This document shows, one piece after another, positions 52,694-64,000 of a stretch of 64,000 nucleotides of DNA (within the stretch, counting starts at the first letter, position 1; each line of letters opens with the position of its first letter). The notes under the pieces were generated by a model. It did not search any database. It was not told the origin of the DNA and saw nothing but the letters and a program-made list of their open reading frames with translations. Origin of the DNA: Octopus vulgaris (lineage: Eukaryota); contig OX597832.1 of NCBI GenBank assembly GCA_951406725.2, positions 24,676,001 to 24,740,000 on the forward strand, in the 5' to 3' direction. Position numbers and translations under genes: made by a program.

Positions 52694-54902
52694 TTCGTGC
52701 AAGTATCACAGCATGTATATAAAAAGAATTACGTTCCACAATATATTTGGAAAAAAAAGATAAGGAAAATTTACAGAACGTAACTGAAAGTTTAACGTTC
52801 TTCAGATATTTTAAGAGACAACTGAAGTTTTAAAACTTTTGATATGAATGATGAAGGTATTTTTATTGCTTAATCTTTTACTAGCTTCACTCATTGGATT
52901 GCGGCCATGCTGTCAATTAATTTTTCTATAAAAAATATTTTTTCTCTTCATAAGTAAACAAGTTGGTGTCTTCTGCAGCTTGACCGACAATAGCCATTCC
53001 ATAAACGGAGCGATCTTCTGAATCAACACAGATATGAAATCAGTTCAAAGCGTTATCTCATCCGGCCTTACTCAGTGAGGATTTGGTCTTAAGGCCTCGC
53101 ACCAACGGAAAGCAGCAATTTTCATAATGCTACCGTTATTTACATTGATGCAAGCCAAACGCCAAACGGATGCTTACAAGAAACTCTGTACGTTATAAGG
53201 AAACCGCTATACAGGATCTAAATATATATATCTAGTAGTACAGGTAGAGCAAGGACGAAATCAAAAGCTAACCTCCGATGGAGAAAAGCAAACTGCGGTT
53301 AGAATTTGAACTCGAAACATAGATGGAACAGAGCCAATTCTGATCGTCGGTTCGACACCCACCGTATCTAGTGCACAAATATAAATTGAACTTGTATCAA
53401 ATTTCACAATAATCCGATAGATAAGTAGTTCGCTTGTTATCATTATTATTGTTCCGAATAATAAGAAAATATTTATTTTTTAATTAATTTTATGCGCTAA
53501 TATTCATTAAAATCAATCGCTTCTTTTATCTCGGGTTCTGCTTTCATTGCTTTCTTTCTTAAACACACCTACTTTAGAATTAATTGCATGACATTTGGTA
53601 AATATTTTGAAAAATCCACTAATCGTCTTTCTGCTGTCTTCCCCTTTCCAACCCCACCCCTCTTTTTTCTCTCACCCTATCTATTTGCCTCTCTCTCTCT
53701 ATCTATTTGTCTCTCTCCCTTTCTCGTCTTTCGCTTCTGTTTTTTCCTCTTCTGTTCTATACCTTGCATACAATATCAATTTACTGCCACACATTCTCAA
53801 TTATGTAATTTCTATTCCAAATATCATATTTAGTTCTTATTAGGCTTAAACGTAAATAAACTAACAACAAGCGAAATCAGATTAACGTTTCGTTTATTAA
53901 TTTTAGTTACTTTTACAGTTAGAATTTTAAACGCTTTAAAACGGAAAAAAAAACTTTCATGCGACTTTTGTTCATATCTATTTTCATTTTCTTTGTATTT
54001 AAGAGAAAAAGCAATATGGAAGAATGTAAACCGTTTTAACTGAAAATACATATTATTTAAATAATATTATTATTTCTATAATATTATTATTTATATAATA
54101 TTATTATTTATATAATATGATTTAGGAATTATTTTTACGGTTTTCGATCATTAGAAATAATGAGAGAAGTTGTGAATAATAGAAACGGAATTGTAATCTT
54201 CGATATAAATTTATAAAGTCTTATTTATAGATTTTCTAAAACAATACACAATTTGTCTTTCATTACTTATTTATCTTACTCCTACACTTCCTCTTTTTAT
54301 CCATCTCCTCCTCTATCTATCATTTTTGTGCACACACGAACAAGCATATACACATAGGCACATACACACATGCGTATAAATGCGAGTAGAAGCAGATACG
54401 TAGCTACATATTTAATCTCAAACGAAAACACACATAAATTCGCTACACGCCACACGCTGCACGTATCGCAAACTCACGCAAACACACACATACGGACTCA
54501 TGCATGTGACTAAATTAAGAATTAGCATATTTTAAATTAGTATTATGCAACAGATCACTCATGTATGTATGTATCTATATATCTATTTATCTGTCTATCT
54601 AATTATCTATATACGAGTGTGTGAACCAGCAAATTAAATCTCCCAACACAATTGTTCGGAGCTACCATGACGTAAAACATCGTGGGCGTGTGTAAATATA
54701 TAAGCGCGTATGCGTGTGTGTATGTGTGTGTGTGTGTGTTTATATCCATTCCGGCAAATTCAGGGAAGATACTACTGCTGGCAAAGGAACCGACGAAGGG
54801 GGAAGTTTCTTATCAACTGGCCCACAATTCTGTTAAACACAGAAATATAGAGTTTTGTCAAGGGGTCAGTTAGGAGTTGGTATTTTTCGTCGATAAAAAA
54901 TC

Positions 54903-54950
<48 letters not shown>

Positions 54951-55074
54951 AGGTCGACTTTACCATTCAGCCTCTCGGGGTCGATAAACACCGGTTGAAC
55001 ACTGGGGTTGATGTAATCGACTCATTTTCTCTCCGACAAAAAATAGCTGCCCTTGTAGTAAATTTTGAAAACAC

Positions 55075-55201
<127 letters not shown>

Positions 55202-55203
55202 TG

Positions 55204-56170
55204 ATGAAAATTCGCAGCTTATCTTGCGGGGTGTGATGGAAAGTGTTAGTTGTCTACAACCTGCAGACTAAGGTGGCACTTGTTTATTGGTCATGCTTCA
55301 AGAACCCTGCAAAGAATTCTTTCAGTTCCAAGCAATGCTGATTCTTGTAGGCGTTCTACCTTCACACTTGCCCCAATCTTTTCCATCCATGCTGGTAGTT
55401 GAGTGCTGATAATTCCAAGTGCATCAATTACTATTGGTGTCACGTCTACTCTCATCAGTGACCACACCCTTCTCATTTTCCACTTCAGATCCTCAAAGCT
55501 GTTTATTTTTTTCTTCTTTCACATCAATCCTGTTGTTACTGGGGCATGCTATGTGGATTATCACCACAACAATGTCCTATTTCGAATGTCTGGTCGGGTG
55601 GTTGCACTAAATAATTCTATTCCTCAGGATTTTGCAGTTCTCACTCTCAGTGACACCGTCTGTGTTTTCTCATACCACGTCTTTGTAGGCTGTGTTTTCC
55701 ACATAGCCCCCTATGGATCATTCTTGCCACATTGTCATGTGTTTGTGTTCGCGTTGTGCCAATTGCGGGCATTCGGTAGCGATGTGCCATACCGTTTCAC
55801 CTTTCTCACCACACATTCTGCATTTGTCGCTGTCGGTAGTGTTATCTATTCTGCATTTCACATAGTAGGTCTTCAACACTTGATATTGAGATACGCATGA
55901 ATGATTCTGTCTCTATCTTCAGCTCACTCCTCCTTATCCATTGCCACCGATCCTCTGTATCTGACTTGGCATTCACATGTCTTCGAAACCGTACATTTTC
56001 TTTTCCTTTCATACTTTTTGTTTTGTTCAGTTCTTGATTAAATTTTTCTTTCATTACACAATTTTCAGTTTTTAATTACGCCAGCCTTCTTCGCATGTTT
56101 CAACAGTGGCTCCACGGCATTTTTTATACACCACACTAAACTGTTTTCCTCTGCTTCAATAAAGTCCTGG
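55204..56170 (-). pseudogene. R4/Dong-like (RLE-type) non-LTR retrotransposon 3' fragment at (TAA)n
   Basis: WQWIRRSELKIETES..KCRMCGEKGETVWHIATECPQLAQRE..VTPIVIDALG..LQESALLGTERILCRVL. Confidence 0.8.
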
Positions 56171-56199
56171 CAACTGATCAAAATTGATATTATTTTCTC

Positions 56200-56815
56200 T
56201 CTAACACAGATTCTGTTGGAGTTCCTGGAGCCTTGCATGCGTATCGGGTTTACTACCAGCAGCCTACGGTACCATGCTATTCATTCTTTTCAGCTAATAC
56301 TTTCCTGATTATTGTGGCCGTGCCAAGGAGGCAAACCTCTTGTAATAGTTCTACAGGGCACTCTATTCCAATTTCCTTTATATTCCTCTTCATGCCGGCA
56401 ATAATTGGCACTAGCTTCACCTTCTTCATTTTCCAGAGCCGGGCTATTTCGCATTTAAGATTTTTGAACATGTTGTTGTCCTTGAAGAATCTAACGCGCT
56501 TTTCATACCTCGCTATGCGGGCAGCTTTAGAACATACCTTTTGCTTGATGGTTTCTATGGTAGCATCAATGCCAAGTATGATTTTCATATATTTTTTCTT
56601 TAATTTTCGAGGTTTTTTAGGCTTGGTAGTCTTGTCAAACTTAAGGTTTTTCAAACATTCAATGTCAGACATAAGTAGCTTAATTTGGTGTTGGATACGC
56701 GCTTGCCAAGAAGGCTTTTTGTGGGAATGTTGCCGTTTTCTAATCTTTTCACCACATAGAATCGCTGAGATTTTCACGGAGGCATAGTACAGGTGGTTGA
56801 GATCTGTGACATCAA
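56200..56815 (-). pseudogene. Second R4/Dong-like element, internally deleted
   Basis: N-terminal-like LNHLYYAS..PSWQARIQ..TIKQKVCSKAARIARYEKR..NNMF joined in frame to C-terminal LKCEIARLW..VPII..LLQEVCLLGTATIIRKVL. Confidence 0.7.
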
Positions 56816-56875
<60 letters not shown>

Positions 56876-56884
56876 TATTATTGT

Positions 56885-57325
56885 TATCTTTTTTTTCTTC
56901 TTCTTTCAAATTTGCTTCCATTTCTTGCCAAGTGTCTTCCCGACTCCTAGGGCAAAGAAACTCATAGTATACATTGGTAGGCCAATAAACTAAACTCACT
57001 AGTTCGTTCATTTTTTTTTTTAAAGTTAAATTAAAAGACATGGGTAGTAATAGTTCTCACATCGACAATGCTCTTCTCAATACGTGTGATGTACCAGTTA
57101 AGACAAACTTTTGTACTTCTTGCAGGGATGGTAAGCCAGGGATCATTCTCATATAATTTTCGGCTCCCTTCTTGATCATTCCTAGTGCTCCTACGATCAC
57201 TGGTATTGTAACCGCCTTGAGATGCCACATTTTCTCAATTTCAATGAGCAGGTCTTTATATTTTCTGAGCTTGTCAAACTCTTTCGCCGAGATATTATGA
57301 TCACAGGGGATGCTCATGTCGATCA
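56885..57325 (-). pseudogene. Third R4/Dong-like 3' end plus 3' UTR between (TAA)n tracts
   Basis: IDMSIPCDHNISAKEFDKLRKYKDLLIEIEKMW..PVIVGALG..VQKFVLTGTSHVLRRAL (RLE endonuclease end). Confidence 0.85.
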
Positions 57326-57334
57326 TCATCATCA

Positions 57335-57498
<164 letters not shown>

Positions 57499-58544
57499 AT
57501 ATTTATTATTAATATTAAATACTTTTTATTTCAATCAGACTAATGAACTCTATGAACTATACGCTTTCTGAATCACCTCTCTTCTATTAATTAACATTTT
57601 CGTTGCCATTGTTTTAAAAATATTTTGCCTCTAAAAAGCAATTAGAATCCATTCCAATCTAAATAAACATATGGAATACATAAAATAAAACAGCATAGGT
57701 ATAAAGAAATAAATCAAAAGTTGAATTCATATATTCCTTTCTCTTGAGACCATGACTTTACAAACCGTTTTCTTTTTTAAAATCTATTTTGTTACTCTTT
57801 TGCTCCAACATTGATTGTACAATAGGTTTGTTGAAACCGAGATTCCACTTTGTCTTTTGTTCGTATATAGCTAGGATGCAGCAGCGTCTATTGATAGAAA
57901 AATAAAGTGAATTTGCGAGCATTGTTACCGTTACACAGACAGACAATCTGTCTGTTGTCAAATAATAGCGTTAATAACATGGGAGATATCACTTAATGGA
58001 TGATTAGCTATATAGGTGAGAGCATATATCGTGAATTGAATGTCAAACAGATACATTAGTTTCATGTACGGGCTTAACTAGCAGCCATTTTCTTTTTTCT
58101 TTCTTTTTTTGCTTTCACGCTGAAATATTGACGTGCAAGACGCTAATTGGGTGTAATAAAACTTACAGAGTTTATATAAGATAACGTTTATTTAATTATT
58201 ATTACGCGGTAACACCTAAGGTGTACTAAATATTCAGTACCATACGCGATAAGAAGTAGTCCACGTTAATGGAATTTTTTACAAAAATTCTGCATTCATT
58301 TGCGCTTTTGTTTCTTGAGAGATTCCTATGGAGTTAATATGAGCAATCAGAGAGCAAAGGAAAAAAACTAATGAAAGGAAAGAAAACCTGATATAGATAT
58401 ATGCAAAAGTATATTGCATAATACAAAAGTAAAAGCCCAGATATACATGTAAATATATACATACACGCAAACAGACATATAGATATATAAATAATATTAC
58501 ATATAATATATATTTAGTATCTATTTATATATATATATTTATAA

Positions 58545-58587
<43 letters not shown>

Positions 58588-58591
<4 letters not shown>

Positions 58592-58746
58592 GGCTTCTTT
58601 CACTTTCCGTTTACCAGATCCACACATAAGGTTTTGGTTGGCCCGAGGCTATAGTAGAAGACACTTGCGCAAGGTGCCACGGAGTGGGACTAAACCGGAA
58701 CGATCTGGTTGTTAAGCAAGCTACTTACCACACAGTCACTCCTGTG

Positions 58747-58750
<4 letters not shown>
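58588..58750 (-). mobile_element. SINE family B, 5' half
   Basis: Reverse complement of 31223-31390. Confidence 0.85.
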
Positions 58751-58785
<35 letters not shown>

Positions 58786-58982
58786 GTTTCTCCTTATTTC
58801 AAGTGTAAACGACGCTCATGCGCAGCAACTATAACTATCAAACTGTATTTCTCATGAAATACAAACTTCTCATTATCGATCCAGCAACACAATAGCTTAT
58901 GAATGTCATCATACAATGAATTTCAATTCATCGAATGTTCTCCCGGGTCATAACAAAGTTTACTTACATCGATTCGTATTGA

Positions 58983-59032
<50 letters not shown>

Positions 59033-59305
59033 CTGAAATTAGGATCGGTTTTATTGGAGGTGATTAAAAATACACATTTATGTCTAATCTAATTTTGAAT
59101 ATAAGGTGAAATTAGCGGAATCGGCTTTGATTAAATAATTTATCAGATTGGTCCCGGGTATTGATTTACAATCTTAATTAATGTAAATTGTTTCGAAACC
59201 AGTTTTGTATTTTATGTATTTGTATTCGTGTATCAGATATGAAATTTTGTCGCCTTATAAGAACTAAATATATCAATAATATGTGAGGAATATGATGGCA
59301 GCTAA

Positions 59306-59640
59306 AGGCACGTGACCAAGTGGTTAGGGGTGCTGCACTCGCGGTCGCATGATTATGCGTTCAATCCCCTACAGGATGCTACACTGTGTTCTTGATCAAG
59401 TATCGTTCATTTTGCGTCGATCTGATCGCTGTGCACCTGTGCTGGAAATGTCAACTTGATAGTGAAAGTGAGGTTTTGTACAGCGGAAAGAAAGCCAGAT
59501 TAAGGTTTCGATAGCATGACCGTGTTTTGCGTTGCATTCTTAAGCAAGAACCGTTCATCTCACATTGATTTGCGATTACTGTGACACCTCACAGCTGGTA
59601 CACTGTGCACCTCTACAGATACTATCGATTTCATCGGGAG
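59306..59640 (+). mobile_element. Old diverged tRNA-derived SINE remnant(s)
   Basis: GGCACGTGACCAAGTGGTTAGGG..GTTCAATCCC..GTGTTCTTGA. Confidence 0.5.
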
Positions 59641-59661
59641 AGCAAGTTGAACTGTTGAAAA

Positions 59662-59892
59662 GCGGCGAGATGGCAGAAACGTTAGCACGCCGGGCGAAAT
59701 GCTTGGGGGTATTTCGTCTGCCGTTCTGAGTTCAAATTCCGCCGAGGTCGACTTTGCCTTTCATCCTTTCGGGGTCGATTAAATAAGTACCAGTTACGCA
59801 CTGGGGTCGATATAATCGACTTAATCCCTTTGTCTGTCCTTGTTTGTCCCCTCTCTGTGTAGCCCCTTGTGGGCAGTAAAGAAATAAGAAAC
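59662..59892 (+). mobile_element. SINE family C monomer
   Basis: Matches 15279-15510. Confidence 0.9.
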
Positions 59893-60587
59893 TGTTGAAC
59901 CCTCACTTTACGTTTACGTCTGGAGAGACCACCACAATGTCATATAATTGTGGAAACATGAAGCAGCCACCTGGCAGAATCGTCAGCACGCTGGATAAAA
60001 TTCTTAGCGTTATCGAGTTCAGTTTACGTTCGGAGTTCAAATTCCACTTTTTATCTTTTCGGGGTCGAAAAAAAATGCTATGCGGTATTTCTTTGGACAC
60101 ATTATATTCTGAGTTCAAACTGCGCCCACTTTTCGTCCCTTTCGGATCGATGAAATAAAGCACCACTCAAGTGCTGGAGTCGATAAATCAATTTGCCCGC
60201 TCCCTTCAAGAGTGAAATGTTGGCACAAGGCCAATATTTCAAAACATTCTCGTATGTGTGATAGAATCATTGGGAATGTGGTTAAATATATTTTTCAATA
60301 TATTTAGCGTTCGACCAGGAGAAACCCACGTCCCTGGTTCTACATTCCAGATTTTGTCATCGCAACGCGAACCAAAGTTTTGATTTTTTGGCGTTCGTAT
60401 TTTTCCTGACGAGAGTACAATCGGGAAGAAACTGACCAGGAATGTTACTGATACAGGGATTGCATCTGTTACTGATACAGGGATTGCAATTGTCACTGCC
60501 TATTCTCTCTCTCCCCACCTCTCTCTCTTTATTTTGAAATTTCATTGCTATTAACATACGCAAAAGACTTTTATATGTCATCATTTA

Positions 60588-60836
60588 TCTTTTACTTGCT
60601 TCAGTCGTTGGACTGCGGCCATGCTGGGTCACCGCCCTGAAGTGTTTAGTCGAGCAAATCAAACCCGATATTTATAATTTTTTTTTTTTTGTAAGTATGA
60701 TACTTATTCTATCGGGACCAATATATATCCCAAGTTATGGGGACAGGGATATAAACAAACAAACAGGGATTGTTAAGTGGTAATGCGTGTGTGGATGTGA
60801 GTAAGGGAGATGAACACAGACACAAAGGCACACACG

Positions 60837-60872
<36 letters not shown>

Positions 60873-60897
60873 CATATATATATATATATACATACAT

Positions 60898-60954
<57 letters not shown>

Positions 60955-60965
60955 CATACATACAG

Positions 60966-61027
<62 letters not shown>

Positions 61028-61070
61028 CGGTCCCCTACACATTTTCCATCTCGCAAATTCACTCAGAAGG
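60588..61070 (-). mobile_element. Diverged SINE family B with an expanded internal microsatellite
   Basis: GACTGCGGCCATGCTGG..TTTAGTCGAGCAAATC..TACTTATTCTATCGG. Confidence 0.65.
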
Positions 61071-61224
61071 CATTAGTATTATATAATTGGCGATTAGATG
61101 CTTTCATAATCAGGATATTTCGCTGGGAAATATTTCCTTTCCATTTGACTACAAGCTGGTATATTTACACTGAGTAATTCAAAGCCGCAAGAGTAACATC
61201 AGGGAAGTGTAATATTCTTAATAG

Positions 61225-61660
61225 CTTTGAATATGGAATGAAAATGGGAGACATAATCGACATCTTTAGCATAATGAGACAAATTCAAGTGTTTAATGTT
61301 TAAATACATTTTAAGTATGGAAACTAATGGAAGACCTAAGCGACATCTTTATTGTAACGAAATATGTTCGAGTATAATACTTTAGATACCCTTTAATTAT
61401 GGAAGCAAATGAAGACGTAGTTGACATCTATAACATAATGAAACAAGTTCGAGTGTAACTCTTTAAATAGTATTTAACTATGGAAGCACATTAAAGGCAT
61501 ACACGTCATCTTTACTATAATGAATGAAGTTTGAGAGTGGCACTGTCAACAACCTTTAAATGTGGAACTAAATCAGAGACGTAATTGACATCTTAACATA
61601 ATGAAACAAACACAAGTGTTACTATGGAAGTAAATGGGAGACATAATCGAAACCTTCAGA
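61225..61660. repeat. Diverged ~82-bp tandem repeat (5-6 units)
   Basis: T(A/G)TGGAA at 61232, 61316, 61398, 61479, 61561 and 61623, each followed by AGAC..GACATCT..ATAATGA-like motifs. Confidence 0.75.
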
Positions 61661-61671
61661 ATAATTAAATA

Positions 61672-62302
61672 CAGTTACCCTTCGACTATCGCGGGTGTTA
61701 CGTTCCAAAACACGCCGTGATAGTTGAAAATCCACGGAGTATAAACAATACTGTATATTTTTAAAAATTATTTTTATCATTTGCGCAGGAGTGGCTTTGT
61801 GGTAAGTAGCTTGTTAACCAACCACATGGTTCCGGGTTCAGTCCCACTGCGTGGCATCTTGGGCAAGTGTCTTCTGCTATAGCCCCGGGATACCAATGCC
61901 TTGTGAGTGGATTTGGTAGACGGAAACTGACAGAAGCCTGTCGTATATATGTATATATATGTATATATGTGTATGTGTGTGTGTTTGTGTGTCTGTGTTT
62001 GTCCCCCTAGCATTGCTTGACAACCGATGCTGGCGTGTTTACGTCCCCGTCACTTAGCGGTTCGGCAAAAGAGACCGATAGAATAAGTACTAGGCTTACG
62101 AAAGAATAAGTCCTGGGGTCGATTTGCTCGACTAAAGGCGGTGCTCCAGCAAGGCCGCAGTCAAATGACTGAAACAAGTAAAAGAGTAAAAGAGTAAAAT
62201 AGTTTATTTTATTATAAATGCAAAACAACACCACGGAGGAATCGACGTAAGCTTAAATAATAAATTGCGATAGGGGACAGGCAATATGGCGAGGGATTAC
62301 TA
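61672..62302. mobile_element. Tigger/pogo-like MITE interrupted by a SINE
   Basis: Left end CAGTTACCCTTCGACTATCGCG, right end GCAATATGGCGAGGGATTACTA. Confidence 0.6.
61783..62198 (+). mobile_element. SINE family B, full length
   Basis: Matches 31223-31663. Confidence 0.9.
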
Positions 62303-62327
62303 TGCTGTGATGAAAATATGCAAATAT

Positions 62328-62533
62328 ATACAAGGGGGTGCTGTAAAATTCCTGGATTTAAAGGAATCGTGAAACGCTTGGCTGGAGACCCAACATTTCG
62401 TGTTCTTTTACAGGGTTTAGAAAAACTGAAGGATCGCTGCAGGAGGGGAATCGTATGTTGAATAAATTCATAATTAGCTAATTTTCCTGTATATTCTTTC
62501 ATCCAAAGCCCAAATCTTTTCCGCACTCCCTCC
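62328..62533 (-). mobile_element. Mariner-type MITE, same family as 5824-6048
   Basis: TACAAGGGGGTGCTGTAAAATTCCTGG..ATGTTGAATAAATTCATAATTAGCT..CCAAAGCC. Confidence 0.65.
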
Positions 62534-63589
62534 CAAATCAAAATAGAAACGAATATATTTTTTTAAAACTTGGTGTTTCCAGGGGCCTAGGTACTAATTA
62601 TGCTTTCGAAAATTGATACAAAGTCTCCAGTTTTACAAACGTGAATCATCAATGAAAAGTTTGCCACTGCTTCACTGCAACATTAATTTATCGATGGATA
62701 AAAAAATAAAATGATGAATAATTTTTTAAAAGTACATTTGATGCGGACAGTGCTGTAAACTATAAATAAAAAAATGCAAGGAATTCTGTCAGCCATTTAA
62801 CAAGTCTGCCATACATTGTCCTAGACACAACAATAGCTTAAATACAATTAGTGACAACAATAAAATGATAATAATTTATTCATACTGGCATTATTTAAAC
62901 ATGTCAGGGACTTCCCACAAGGGAAAACCTTGTTAGAAAATTAAGACATTATAGTCCTATAAATTTTAGAAACGAACTTCTCTAACAGAAATTGTCACAA
63001 GTGCTAAATATATGAATGCTATTAATATATTCTTTTATTAGAAAAAATGGCTAATGGCCTGTTTCTTAGAACTGGCTGATCTCGCTCATCATTCGCTATT
63101 ATAATCACCTCTTTAACTAGTTGCTTTCATATCTTCACCCACTTATAAAATGGCCTTTGTTCCTCGGAACTAGCTAATCATGTCTAACACCATCTGCCAT
63201 AAAGCTCACAGTTTTTCGGAACTGACTGTTTCTGAAGCACTGCAATTTGTCTCTGTATTTCTCATTACTGTGGTTATTTCTAACTTTTCCGTCTCATTAA
63301 CGTTTGTTTCCAGTACTTCCACCCCACCGGACTTTACACTACACTACTTGGAAAACCGCTACGTGATGATATCTGCAGGGATGTAGGCGTAGATTTACAG
63401 CAACTTACATGAAACATCAACGAAATCAATACATTTTGGGAGGGCTTGCAAAATTTGTGTGGCACTATTCTTTGTTTGAAACTGAGTAGTTAAAAAATTA
63501 ATTGATTCCGGTAATTAATTAATACCTTCATTTATCGATCATGTAAAAATAAAAGAAAAGATCCAAGGTGGCAGAAATCAGACCGAGTA

Positions 63590-63885
63590 TGTAGAAAAAT
63601 GAAGTTTCGATTAGGGAGCAAATATTTAAGTAAAAGTGGAAGTGGATTGGTAGCACAATTAGAAAAGACACACCAAATGTAGCGAAAAGTGCTTTAAAGT
63701 GGAAACCGGATGGATATAGAAGGAGAGGTAGGCCTAAGAACTCGTGGCGGAGATCAACACAAAAGGAACTAGAGAAAGGGGGACATTCATGGCAGAGTAT
63801 AAGTACAGAAGCCAAAAATTAGGCGACATGGAATGCAGCTAAAGTGGCCTATACTCCGCGTTGGAGGGTTAAAGGCATAAAGACA
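63590..63885 (+). pseudogene. RTE-clade LINE 3' end
   Basis: IREQIFK*KWKWIGSTIRK..AKSALKWKPDGYRRRGRPKNSWRRS..W..AKN*ATW. Confidence 0.85.
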
Positions 63886-64000
63886 GAAAGATGTAGAAAA
63901 CAATTAACTAAAATTTCACGTAACATGTCATCCAGATTGCCAATTCAGCAACAATTTTCGGTTAGTAAATCCTTGAAAGTAGTAAATGTAATAAATGGTT

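Noticed and set aside
59031-59250. Possible further hammerhead element next to (TA)n
   Set aside because: CGAAACAATTTA present on the minus strand but core and stems are not recoverable
61225-61660. C2H2 zinc-finger array (84-bp period)
   Set aside because: Period varies from 81 to 84, with no Cys/His spacing seen

Overview
AT-rich, microsatellite-saturated eukaryotic DNA with one 100-N gap. The repeat landscape strongly resembles a cephalopod (Octopus-like) intergenic or intronic region; the organism is an inference. No host gene is confidently supported: almost every listed ORF is a translation of (TA)n, (CA)n, (TATG)n, (TATC)n or (AAT)n tracts. The window contains at least four tRNA-derived SINE families (many copies, one tandem array), decayed RTE, L1/Tx1-like and R4/Dong-like LINE fragments, Tc1/mariner and Tigger-like pieces, a non-autonomous Helitron and a MITE with an 8-bp TSD. 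The most notable signal is a set of short non-coding elements inserted at (TA)n/(CA)n microsatellites, several with an inverted 5' arm. They carry type I hammerhead ribozyme motifs with short palindromic stem III, the pattern known from Penelope-like elements and retrozymes. Core variants include CUGACGA, CCGACGA, CUGAAGA, CUGUUGA and a GUGAACA variant that swaps the C3-G8 tertiary pair to G3-C8. All calls were made by eye; no database search or folding program was run.
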